Program-made: the position numbers and the translations under genes
NCBI GenBank assembly: GCA_045538105.1
Contig: JAZSQS010000035.1
Location: 4,059-68,058 of the forward strand
Length of the DNA stretch: 64,000 bases
Reading direction: 5' to 3'
From: Akkermansia sp.
GTDB lineage: Bacteria > Verrucomicrobiota > Verrucomicrobiia > Verrucomicrobiales > Akkermansiaceae
Shown: positions 55,216 to 62,693 of the stretch, piece by piece
Layout of the letters: every line of letters starts with the position of its first letter
How positions within the stretch are numbered: the first letter of the stretch is position 1
The notes under the pieces: generated by a model
Seen by the model: the letters and a program-made list of their open reading frames with translations, nothing else
Databases searched by the model: none
Told to the model about the DNA's origin: nothing

Positions 55216-56541
55216 TTAATCAAACCGTACACGGGGATCCACCAGAGCCACCAGCATATCCGAAAGCAGGTTCCCCACAATAATCAAAATGGAAGTGAGT
55301 AGCAGGGTTCCCATAATCAGCGAATAGTCCTTATCCAGCAAAGCCTGAAAACTCAGCATCCCGAACCCCTGAATATCAAATACCCGCTCAATGAGGATTG
55401 AGCCCCCCACTACCGTGCAAATCACGCTCCCCAGGGTCGAGACAATGGGAATGACGGAATTGCGGAATGCATGCCGCCACACAGCTTGCTTAAACGGCAC
55501 CCCCTTGGAAACCGCCGTCCGCACATAATCTGCCGCCAGGTTTTCCATCAGGTTATTCTTCATCATCATCGTCGTGACCGCAAAGGTCGACACCACATAA
55601 CAACTCAAAGGCAACACCGTGTGCATCGCCAAATCATAGAGCTGATCCTTGAAAGGCATCCACTCAAACCCCGGACTCACCAGACCGTACAAGGGGAACC
55701 ACTCCAGACGCGCACCAAGATACACCAGCATCACCGCTCCCAGGGCAAAGCCCGGCACCGCATACCCCACAAATATCAATACGCTGGTCACGCTATCCAT
55801 CCAGCTCCTGTGCCACAAGGCCTTGAACACCCCAAGCGGTATGCTTACCACGTAGGTCACCACGGCTCCGAGCAAACCAAAATAGAGCGATACCGGCAAA
55901 CGGTTCATCATCATACGCGTGACCGGTTCGTTATATTTGTAGGAAAGCCCCAGATGCCCCTGCAAGACCCCCTGGAAGGAGCGGCGCCCCGCCACGGCAC
56001 GCCAACGGCGGCACGCAGGGCTCTTGGAAAGAGCCTCTATCTTCTCCGGGTCGGTTATCTTCTGGCGTCGGGCCAACCGTGCTGCCCGGTCAGCCGGAGA
56101 CTCCAGCCGCACTTCCCAGCCCTCATCCTTCATCCATTCCGGAGCCTGGTATTCGGGAGCATCCCCCTCTCTCGTAACCTCCAGCACTTCCGCATGCCCA
56201 CTTGTTGACGCAATCGTAATGGCAGCAACGCCCTTATCATTAAACTCTGCCTTTACCAGCTCCACGTTACGGGGCAGCACGCCAAGCCACTGCAAATAAG
56301 CCTTCCAGATAGGTTCCTGCAAATTGAACAACTCCTCCAGGCGCTCCATATCTTCATTTCCCAGCCGGGAACCACTTTGCCCCACGGTCTTCTCCCCGGT
56401 CAAGGCGCCAATCGCCTGTTCCTGGAGCATGCGTTCCACAGGCCCCCCCGGCACCAGCCGGGTCAGAAAAAACACAAGAAACGTGATGCCTATCAATGTA
56501 ACAGGCATCAGCATCAGGCGTCTGATTATATAATGGCGCAT
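55216..56541 (-). CDS. ABC importer permease (OppB/YejB-like with inserted periplasmic domain)
   Basis: MRHYIIRRLMLMPVTLIGITFLVFFL is a typical OppB start, and the EAA region is YVRTAVSKGVPFKQAVWRHAFRN. Start could instead be ATG 56556. Confidence 0.8.
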   Translation of the reverse strand: MRHYIIRRLMLMPVTLIGITFLVFFLTRLVPGGPVERMLQEQAIGALTGEKTVGQSGSRLGNEDMERLEELFNLQEPIWKAYLQWLGVLPRNVELVKAEFNDKGVAAITIASTSGHAEVLEVTREGDAPEYQAPEWMKDEGWEVRLESPADRAARLARRQKITDPEKIEALSKSPACRRWRAVAGRRSFQGVLQGHLGLSYKYNEPVTRMMMNRLPVSLYFGLLGAVVTYVVSIPLGVFKALWHRSWMDSVTSVLIFVGYAVPGFALGAVMLVYLGARLEWFPLYGLVSPGFEWMPFKDQLYDLAMHTVLPLSCYVVSTFAVTTMMMKNNLMENLAADYVRTAVSKGVPFKQAVWRHAFRNSVIPIVSTLGSVICTVVGGSILIERVFDIQGFGMLSFQALLDKDYSLIMGTLLLTSILIIVGNLLSDMLVALVDPRVRFD

Positions 56542-56702
56542 GGCAACTTGCTGCATTCTACTCTTTTCTCTTACCCGTGGCAAGTTCCGATTCTGCCCTG
56601 ATAACAGAATTGCTACCCCCTGCCTGTGTGCAACTATCCCCAGGCAAAACAAAAGGGCGACCTGTCTACCAGGTCACCCCTCACCTCTCATACATAACTG
56701 AG

Positions 56703-56775
56703 TACCCCCGCGCGGACTCGAACCGCGGACAAATTGATTAAGAGTCAACTGCTCTACCAACTGAGCTACGGAGGC
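56703..56775 (-). tRNA. tRNA-Lys (anticodon CTT), copy 1
   Basis: 73-nt cloverleaf GCCTCCG-TA-GCTC-AGTTGGTA-GAGC-A-GTTGA-CTCTTAA-TCAAT-TTGTC-CGCGG-TTCGAGT-CCGCG-CGGGGGT-A. The acceptor stem has G1-U72 and U4-G69 wobbles. Confidence 0.85.
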
Positions 56776-56804
56776 ATTTGCTCACCCGGCTGCTCACAGA
56801 CTGG

Positions 56805-56877
56805 TACCCCCGCGCGGACTCGAACCGCGGACAAATTGATTAAGAGTCAACTGCTCTACCAACTGAGCTACGGAGGC
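56805..56877 (-). tRNA. tRNA-Lys (anticodon CTT), copy 2
   Basis: Identical 73-nt sequence, 29 nt from copy 1. Confidence 0.85.
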
Positions 56878-56923
56878 ACTTTGTCTGTGAGCACCCTGCA
56901 CCCTGTGTTTCTCTTAGGGGAGA

Positions 56924-56995
56924 AGCCGCTGGTCAGATTTGAACTGACGACCCACGCATTACGAATGCGTTGCTCTACCCCTGAGCTACAGCGGC
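56924..56995 (-). tRNA. tRNA-Thr (anticodon CGT)
   Basis: 72-nt cloverleaf GCCGCTG-TA-GCTC-AGGGGTA-GAGC-A-ACGCA-TTCGTAA-TGCGT-GGGTC-GTCAG-TTCAAAT-CTGAC-CAGCGGC-T. Confidence 0.9.
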
Positions 56996-57129
56996 GGATG
57001 CTGTGTGCGGCGGCAGCATATCACAGCAATCTCGTCATTGCAAGCCTTTTTTTAGAAAAAAGTTTCATCCCCCTCTTTTTGACTTTACACGCGCGTGAGC
57101 CTTGTGTAAATTCAGTCAGGCAATCTAAC

Positions 57130-58458
57130 ATGTTAGTACACAAGTGCTTCATTCTCCTCCTGGTCTTATGCCTGTTGGTATCCAACATGGCAGAGGGGGC
57201 GCCGCACCCCGTTGACTGGCAACAAGAAGCGCAACTGCTGCAGGCCGATTCCAGTGGGAGCAAGCGGATTCAGCGCATCCGCTACATACTTTCCCTGCGC
57301 TTGCTCGACATGGCAAAGGGCGGGCATATCAACAAGCAGGACAAATACGGCCAGACTCCCCTCATGCTGGCCGCCGCCATCAACCACTCCGGCCTCATAA
57401 CCCGGCTCCTGCTCCATGGGGCAGACCCGCTCATCATGACCCCCAAAGGGAAATGCGCCCATGATTTCTGCACAGATACAGCCCTCTCCATCAGGCTCAT
57501 GCGCTGCTGCATCCCCCGGGACCCCGGTATAAGCTTGCACGAAGCCGTGCTTCTACCAGAAAATGCCACAGATACCGCCATGCAGCTTCTCTGCCTCGGC
57601 GCTGATGCAACCGCAACTGACGCAAAGGGCAGAACCCCGCTCATGCTGGTTCCGCTCAGCAATCCACAGTTAGCTGAAATCCTGATAGCAGCCGGAGCCC
57701 ACCCTGCCCACTGGGGAACAACAGAACGCTCCAAGGTCAAGGTCAGCTTCATTGACGTTGTATTCACCCACACCGGCGCCACTGAAAAGGAACTGGAGGA
57801 GCAAGACATCGCCAATGCAAGGAAACTGGATGAACTAGCCGCAAACAAAGTCAGCTGGCGCCGCTTCCGCGACCGCGCACTCAAGCGCCGGAGCCTGCTC
57901 AACTATCCCTATGGCTACCTGTGGAGCCGCAAACTCCGCCGCCACACCCACAAGAACACACTCTGGAAAGAAGAGTATGAACGCAACCCCGCCTCGCAGG
58001 ATGGCGTAAGCGGCTACCACGGTCCCGTGCACCGGGGAATCCTCACCCTGCACTACCCGGACAACATCCCCCCACTCATCTTCAACGTGCAGGCTGGCGG
58101 GAGGGCGCGCAATTTCCACGGAGAAGGAGACTCCACCGCACCCATTGTGCCTGAAGGCTCTACTGCCAGGCTCTACACTGACCTCATGGGGCATAGCATC
58201 CACGGTTTCTTCATTTCATGCCTGGGGCGCCAGGCCATTCCACAGTTCAGCGAAAGCCGAACTGACATCATGCTCCACCTGGCCACAGTAGCCGTACCTG
58301 GCGAAACAGAGGAAAGCACCGTGCGTCACACCGGCTCCCATGGTTGCATCTCCGTGCTTAACCTCGCAGATTGGGAAATTATTTCCTCAGAACTCCGTAA
58401 AAACGGAGGCGCAGGCCCCAATGGCATTGAAATACGCATCCGCTATGAGAACCATTAG
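57130..58458 (+). CDS. secreted ankyrin-repeat protein with C-terminal YkuD (L,D-transpeptidase-fold)-like domain
   Basis: Track ORF 56734-58458 trimmed to ATG 57130 (MLVHKCFILLLVLCLLVSNMAEG) because the upstream part overlaps three tRNA genes. Ankyrin repeats (YGQTPLMLAAAINHSGLITRLLLHGADP, KGRTPLMLVPLSNPQLAEILIAAGAHP). HTGSHGCISV resembles the YkuD catalytic motif. Confidence 0.7.
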   Translation: MLVHKCFILLLVLCLLVSNMAEGAPHPVDWQQEAQLLQADSSGSKRIQRIRYILSLRLLDMAKGGHINKQDKYGQTPLMLAAAINHSGLITRLLLHGADPLIMTPKGKCAHDFCTDTALSIRLMRCCIPRDPGISLHEAVLLPENATDTAMQLLCLGADATATDAKGRTPLMLVPLSNPQLAEILIAAGAHPAHWGTTERSKVKVSFIDVVFTHTGATEKELEEQDIANARKLDELAANKVSWRRFRDRALKRRSLLNYPYGYLWSRKLRRHTHKNTLWKEEYERNPASQDGVSGYHGPVHRGILTLHYPDNIPPLIFNVQAGGRARNFHGEGDSTAPIVPEGSTARLYTDLMGHSIHGFFISCLGRQAIPQFSESRTDIMLHLATVAVPGETEESTVRHTGSHGCISVLNLADWEIISSELRKNGGAGPNGIEIRIRYENH

Positions 58459-58490
58459 TGCAATTTTTGCCTTCCCAACACATTTTAGGG

Positions 58491-58519
58491 TTGAATTTGC
58501 AACCCGGCGGCTATAAAAT
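58491..58519 (+). promoter_or_regulatory. sigma70-like promoter TTGAAT-17-TAAAAT (leaderless configuration)
   Basis: -35 at 58491-58496 and -10 at 58514-58519, 9 nt to ATG 58529. Confidence 0.5.
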
Positions 58520-58528
58520 AAGCGCGCT

Positions 58529-59272
58529 ATGACATACGAAGTTTTCGAAACCAAGGAAGCCGCAGCCAAGACGCTTGCCGCTGAAGTCGCAGAACTCATC
58601 CGCAGCCGCGCTGCCGAAGGCAAGGGCGTAGTCCTGGGTCTGGCCACTGGTGCCACCCCGCTGCCCTTCTATGCTGAGCTCATCCGTCTCCACAAGGAGG
58701 AAGGTCTCTCCTTCAAGAACGTGACCACCTTCAACCTGGACGAATACACCGGCCTGCCCCACGACCACGTGGAGTCATACTGGTACTTCATGCATACCAA
58801 CCTCTTCAACCACATCGACATCCCCGCCGAAAACATCAACCTGCCCTGCGGCACCCTCGCTCCTGAGGAAATTCCTGCCCACTGCGCTGCCTACGAGCAG
58901 AAAATCAAGGATTGCGGCGGTCTCGACCTCCAGATTCTCGGTATTGGCCGCACCGGCCACATCGGCTTCAACGAACCCGGCTCTGATGACACCACCATCA
59001 CCCGCCAGGTGCACCTCGATGACCTGACCAAGACCGATGCTGCTCCCGCTTTCGGTGGTTTTGAGAACGTTCCCAGCACCGCCATCACCATGGGTGTTGC
59101 CACCATTATGGGCGCCAAGAAGGTACGTCTCATGGCTTGGGGTGAGAAGAAGGCCTCCATCGTGAACAAGGCCATCAACGGTCCTGTCACCATTGATGTT
59201 GCAGCCTCCTACCTCCAGAAGCACGCCGATGCCAAGTACTTCCTTGACACCCCGGCCGCTGCTGAGCTGTAA
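58529..59272 (+). CDS. nagB: glucosamine-6-phosphate deaminase
   Basis: GLATGATP, NLDEY and GIGRTGHIGFNEPG motifs, 247 aa. Confidence 0.93.
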   Translation: MTYEVFETKEAAAKTLAAEVAELIRSRAAEGKGVVLGLATGATPLPFYAELIRLHKEEGLSFKNVTTFNLDEYTGLPHDHVESYWYFMHTNLFNHIDIPAENINLPCGTLAPEEIPAHCAAYEQKIKDCGGLDLQILGIGRTGHIGFNEPGSDDTTITRQVHLDDLTKTDAAPAFGGFENVPSTAITMGVATIMGAKKVRLMAWGEKKASIVNKAINGPVTIDVAASYLQKHADAKYFLDTPAAAEL

Positions 59273-59310
59273 AAGCCTGCTGCAACCGCATTCATTTTAA
59301 TGCACGCAAC

Positions 59311-59340
59311 AAGAGGACCGGGCAATCCCCGGTCCTCTTT
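59311..59340 (+). terminator. Rho-independent terminator after nagB
   Basis: 12-bp stem AAGAGGACCGGG / CCCGGTCCTCTT with loop CAATC, followed by a short T-run. Confidence 0.6.
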
Positions 59341-59354
59341 CATTCCCCTACCGC

Positions 59355-60443
59355 ATGCACCTCTACATCCACGTTCCCTTCTGCCACCGCATCTGCCCCT
59401 ACTGTGCCTTTTTCAAGCACACACCGGGCAGCAGTGACATTCGCGGCTACGTGCAAGGCGTTATTAAGGAAGCCCGGCTCCGGCTGCCTGAAGGAAGCAG
59501 CCCGAACACCATTTATTTTGGCGGCGGAACCCCCAGCATGCTCTCCCCCACCCACCTGGAACTCCTTATCACCGGCCTGGGGCAGTGGCTCGACCTCAGC
59601 CATGTGCAGGAATGGAGTTTCGAGAGCAACCCCGCCACCTTTACCGCTGCAAAAGTCCGGCAGTGGCAGCAACTGGGTATCAACCGTGTATCACTCGGCG
59701 TTCAAAGTTTTGATGCAGGCTTGCTGCATCTGCTGGGGCGCGAACACAGCCCGGAAGACGTGGCAGGAAGCATGCAACTCCTGCGGGACGCGGGCATCCC
59801 GCAAATCAACATCGACCTCATGTTCTCCCTGCCCGGGCAAAGTCTGGCACAGTGGGAACACAGCCTCCAGGCTGCCCTGGCGCTGCAACCAGACCATATC
59901 TCCACATACAACCTGACCTACGAGGAAGACACGGCTTTCTTCCAACGCTACGGTGCTACCGCCGGCGATGAAGAAACAGACGTTGCCATGTTCAACCTGG
60001 CAGATGACCTCCTCACTGCTGCTGGCTACCGGCACTATGAAATCTCCAACTACGCCCGCCACGGCTGCGAATCGCTCCACAATCTTGCCTGCTGGCATGG
60101 CGAAGACTACTGCGGACTAGGCCCCGGCGCTGTGGGAACCATGAGCGGCGTCCGCTACTGCAACGCCGGCGATACTGCCGCCTACACGGCCGCCCTGAAA
60201 GCAGGTACCCTGCCACCCGGCACCTCTGAGGAGCTCGACCCTGCCACCCGCCGCACCGAGCTGCTGGGCCTCCTGCTCCGAACCGATGAGGGACTGCCAC
60301 CCGCCATGCTCCGCCCGCAGGATAGTACCTTCATTACCATGCTCCAGCGCGAGCAGCTCGCCACCATTTCCCCCACCGGCCGCCTCATTCTCACCCGCTC
60401 CGGCCGCCTCGTGGCCGATGAAATCGCCGTCGGCCTCATCTGA
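59355..60443 (+). CDS. hemW: radical SAM haem chaperone HemW (HemN-like, oxygen-independent coproporphyrinogen oxidase family)
   Basis: LYIHVPFCHRICPYCAF (CxxxCxxC). 362 aa, without the extra HemN N-terminal elements. Confidence 0.85.
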   Translation: MHLYIHVPFCHRICPYCAFFKHTPGSSDIRGYVQGVIKEARLRLPEGSSPNTIYFGGGTPSMLSPTHLELLITGLGQWLDLSHVQEWSFESNPATFTAAKVRQWQQLGINRVSLGVQSFDAGLLHLLGREHSPEDVAGSMQLLRDAGIPQINIDLMFSLPGQSLAQWEHSLQAALALQPDHISTYNLTYEEDTAFFQRYGATAGDEETDVAMFNLADDLLTAAGYRHYEISNYARHGCESLHNLACWHGEDYCGLGPGAVGTMSGVRYCNAGDTAAYTAALKAGTLPPGTSEELDPATRRTELLGLLLRTDEGLPPAMLRPQDSTFITMLQREQLATISPTGRLILTRSGRLVADEIAVGLI

Positions 60444-60554
60444 CGTCCGCGAGCCCCTGCTCGCGGATATCGTTACTCCCCCGCCTGCGGGGGAGTAATA
60501 TCGTTTTTGTCGACAGGCAAAAATATCGTTCCGGCCGCAGGCCGGAATATCGTT
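60444..60554 (+). repeat. left hairpin-array arm (4 hairpins, each followed by ATATCGT)
   Basis: Hairpins at 60447-60466, 60475-60496, 60506-60521 and 60531-60545. Linkers at 60467, 60498, 60523 and 60547. Confidence 0.9.
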
Positions 60555-60600
60555 TCCTATCAAGTCTTTCAGAAACGAAAACATATCATTGGGAAATCAT

Positions 60601-60629
60601 TTGCCCTCACATGCGAAAACTGATAGAAT
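60601..60629 (+). promoter_or_regulatory. sigma70-like extended -10 promoter TTGCCC-17-(TGa)TAGAAT (leaderless configuration)
   Basis: -35 at 60601-60606 and -10 at 60624-60629 with TG at 60621-60622, 8 nt to ATG 60638. Confidence 0.45.
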
Positions 60630-60637
60630 GCCCAATC

Positions 60638-60979
60638 ATGAAACCGCATCCTTTAGCTGAGCAAAGTCTGGATTTTTCCGTTAATATAGTTCACTTTTGC
60701 GATGGTATTGAACGTTACGCTGTCCTGAAAAATCAATTACTCCGCTCTGCCACCAGCATTGGAGCCAACATTCACGAAGGCATTTATGCAAGCAGCGGTG
60801 GAGATTTTGTAGCGAGATACCAGATTTCGCTAAAGGAATGCCATGAGACTGAATATTGGCTCAAAATCATGGAACGAGCCGGACTTGCACAGCCTGAACA
60901 AATCAGGCAGCTCCTTCAACAATGTGGAAAAATTCGCCGCATGCTGATTGCGTCCATCACCACGGTTAAAGCAGGCTGA
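60638..60979 (+). CDS. four-helix-bundle protein (23S rRNA intervening-sequence protein / Avd family)
   Basis: LLRSATSIGANIHEGIYASSGGDFVARYQISLKECHETEYWLKIM matches the family pattern as I remember it (RSxxSIxxNIxEG ... DFxxxLxIAxGSxxE). ~113 aa. AT-richer than the flanks. Start could instead be 60611. Confidence 0.75.
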   Translation: MKPHPLAEQSLDFSVNIVHFCDGIERYAVLKNQLLRSATSIGANIHEGIYASSGGDFVARYQISLKECHETEYWLKIMERAGLAQPEQIRQLLQQCGKIRRMLIASITTVKAG

Positions 60980-61023
60980 TTTCGTTTCCCAATGCACACT
61001 GATACATATCTGTAAAACAATAT

Positions 61024-61135
61024 AGGAAACGATATTCCGGCCTGTGGCCGGAACGATATTTTTGTCTGTCGCCAAAAACGATATTACTCCCCCGCAGGCG
61101 GGGGAGTAACGATATTCTCGCTCGCGGCGAGAACG
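61024..61135 (-). repeat. right hairpin-array arm (reverse complement of left arm)
   Basis: Linkers ACGATAT at 61029, 61053, 61078 and 61109. Hairpins at 61037-61051, 61061-61076, 61086-61107 (exact reverse complement of 60475-60496) and 61116-61132. Confidence 0.9.
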
Positions 61136-61145
61136 TAAAACGCGC

Positions 61146-61174
61146 TTGCACTCACGCACGGGCTCATGTAGAAT
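61146..61174 (+). promoter_or_regulatory. sigma70-like promoter TTGCAC-17-TAGAAT
   Basis: -35 at 61146-61151 and -10 at 61169-61174, 12 nt to ATG 61187. Confidence 0.5.
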
Positions 61175-61186
61175 GCAGGGTATACC

Positions 61187-62677
61187 ATGCAACGCTTCTT
61201 CCCCATTCTGGCACTTTCCCTCCTCCCGGCCACGGCCCAGCACACTCCCGATGACCACGCCTTTGCGGAGGCTGTCCGGCAATTCCTGCCCGCCCCGGCT
61301 ACTTCCATGCCAGCCCCCAAAGCAGTAGAAATCACCTTCACTCCGGATACCACCCCAGTGGCAGACACCTCACCCGAAGCCCATCCGGAGGCTTATACAC
61401 GCTTCGTTGGCCACCTCAAGGACATTGCCGAGAAGAACCAGTATGATTTCTGCCTTGCCCTGCGCGAGATTCTGGAAGCCACTCAGGATGAATTCGCCGT
61501 CATGCGATGGATGGAAAAAGCAGCCTCAGAGGGAAACACGGCGGCCCTCCAGTTCGTGGGTGACCGCAGGCTTACCCGCGTGGCTCGGGACAAGATTCAA
61601 TCCCCCGAAGTCAAGGAAGCATACGCCATGGTCAGGAAAGCGGCAGATGCCGGGTTTGATGCTGCAAAAATCAACGTCTGCATGTGCATGCAAATGGGCA
61701 TTGGCACCCCAAAGGATGAAGACGCAGCAAAGAAGTACATGATAGAAGCCTGCCGCAACGGCAACTTCATTCCACGCTACAAATGGCTCCAGATGAACGG
61801 ACGTTTGGCCAACTGGGAAGACCGCGAGCGCCCGGAGGTTGCCGCTGAAATCGAACGTGGTAACCACCACGTGCTCTACTATCTCTCCAGCCGAGCCTCA
61901 GCCCCACAGGAGCAGATTGACATGCTACGCCGAGCTGCGGAAAAAGGAAACCCGGAAGCACTCTATGCCCTCTCTGCCCTCAGCTCCCGGAAAGCCCCGA
62001 AAGAAAGTTTCACCCTGCTGAAGGAAGCCGTGCGGCTGCATAGTGCAGATGCTCTCTTTGCCCTGGGCTCCGCCATGACGGATGGAGACCCGAACAGCCC
62101 CGTTCTCCGGGAGGCTGGCGTGCCGCATAATGATGTGGCAGGCAGAGCCATGATTAAACTGGCCGCCATGATGAACAACTCCACCGCCTGTTTCTGGCTG
62201 GGCAGTGTCAATTACCACGGTCAATGCGGCGTAACGGTTAATAAAGAGCGTTCCTTCCAGCACTACGACTACGGTGCCCAGCTTGGCAACCCAAGCTGCG
62301 GCACAGCAGCCGGCCTCATGCTGCTGCGGGGGCTCGGTATTCCGCAAGACACCCGAAAAGGTCTCTATTACCTCAACGCGGCTGCCAACATGGGACTGCC
62401 ACACGCCGTCATCCTGCTCGCTTATGCCCAGCATTCCGGTCTGGGCATGCCGGCTGATTCCAACGCGGCCAGCAAACTCCTGCAGGAGGCTGCCGCCATG
62501 GGGCAGAAGCAGGCCTATGTCTACCTGGCCTATATCACCGCAAAGGGGGGCAGCAAACTCACCCCTGATTCCAAACAAGCTGAACGCTATGTGCGCCTGG
62601 CCTCCCTAGATATGAAGGAGAAGGCCCAGGAAACCTTTGATAAGCTCATGGCAGACGGCTGGAACCCGGAACCCTAA
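61187..62677 (+). CDS. secreted Sel1-repeat protein
   Basis: Signal peptide MQRFFPILALSLLPATAQ. Many Sel1-type repeats (AMRWMEKAASEGNTAALQFVG, AAKKYMIEACRNGN, GLYYLNAAANMGLPHAVILLAYA, ASKLLQEAAAMGQKQAYVYLA). Confidence 0.8.
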   Translation: MQRFFPILALSLLPATAQHTPDDHAFAEAVRQFLPAPATSMPAPKAVEITFTPDTTPVADTSPEAHPEAYTRFVGHLKDIAEKNQYDFCLALREILEATQDEFAVMRWMEKAASEGNTAALQFVGDRRLTRVARDKIQSPEVKEAYAMVRKAADAGFDAAKINVCMCMQMGIGTPKDEDAAKKYMIEACRNGNFIPRYKWLQMNGRLANWEDRERPEVAAEIERGNHHVLYYLSSRASAPQEQIDMLRRAAEKGNPEALYALSALSSRKAPKESFTLLKEAVRLHSADALFALGSAMTDGDPNSPVLREAGVPHNDVAGRAMIKLAAMMNNSTACFWLGSVNYHGQCGVTVNKERSFQHYDYGAQLGNPSCGTAAGLMLLRGLGIPQDTRKGLYYLNAAANMGLPHAVILLAYAQHSGLGMPADSNAASKLLQEAAAMGQKQAYVYLAYITAKGGSKLTPDSKQAERYVRLASLDMKEKAQETFDKLMADGWNPEP

Positions 62678-62693
62678 GTCCTTCCATACCTCC

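Larger units (their letters stand above)
60444..61135. mobile_element. candidate composite element: hairpin-array inverted repeats flanking a four-helix-bundle gene
   Basis: 692-bp unit bounded by ACGT at each end (60443-60446 and 61133-61136), with ~110-150-bp inverted arms and one internal ORF with its own promoter. Mobility is an inference. No transposase is present. Confidence 0.4.

Noticed and set aside
56734-57129. N-terminal 132 codons of the 574-aa track ORF
   Set aside because: This part is the reverse complement of three tRNA genes, and it repeats IKSQLLYQLSYGG twice because of the duplicated tRNA-Lys. The real protein starts at the signal-peptide-like ATG 57130.
56653-57129. Integrated element or att site at the tRNA cluster
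   Set aside because: No integrase, excisionase or duplicated tRNA 3' end was seen on either side by eye. The neighbouring genes look chromosomal.
60444-61135. Diversity-generating retroelement or IS element around the four-helix-bundle (Avd-like) gene
   Set aside because: No reverse transcriptase, template/variable repeat pair, transposase or recombinase ORF is present in or near the element. Only the Avd-family relationship is shared.
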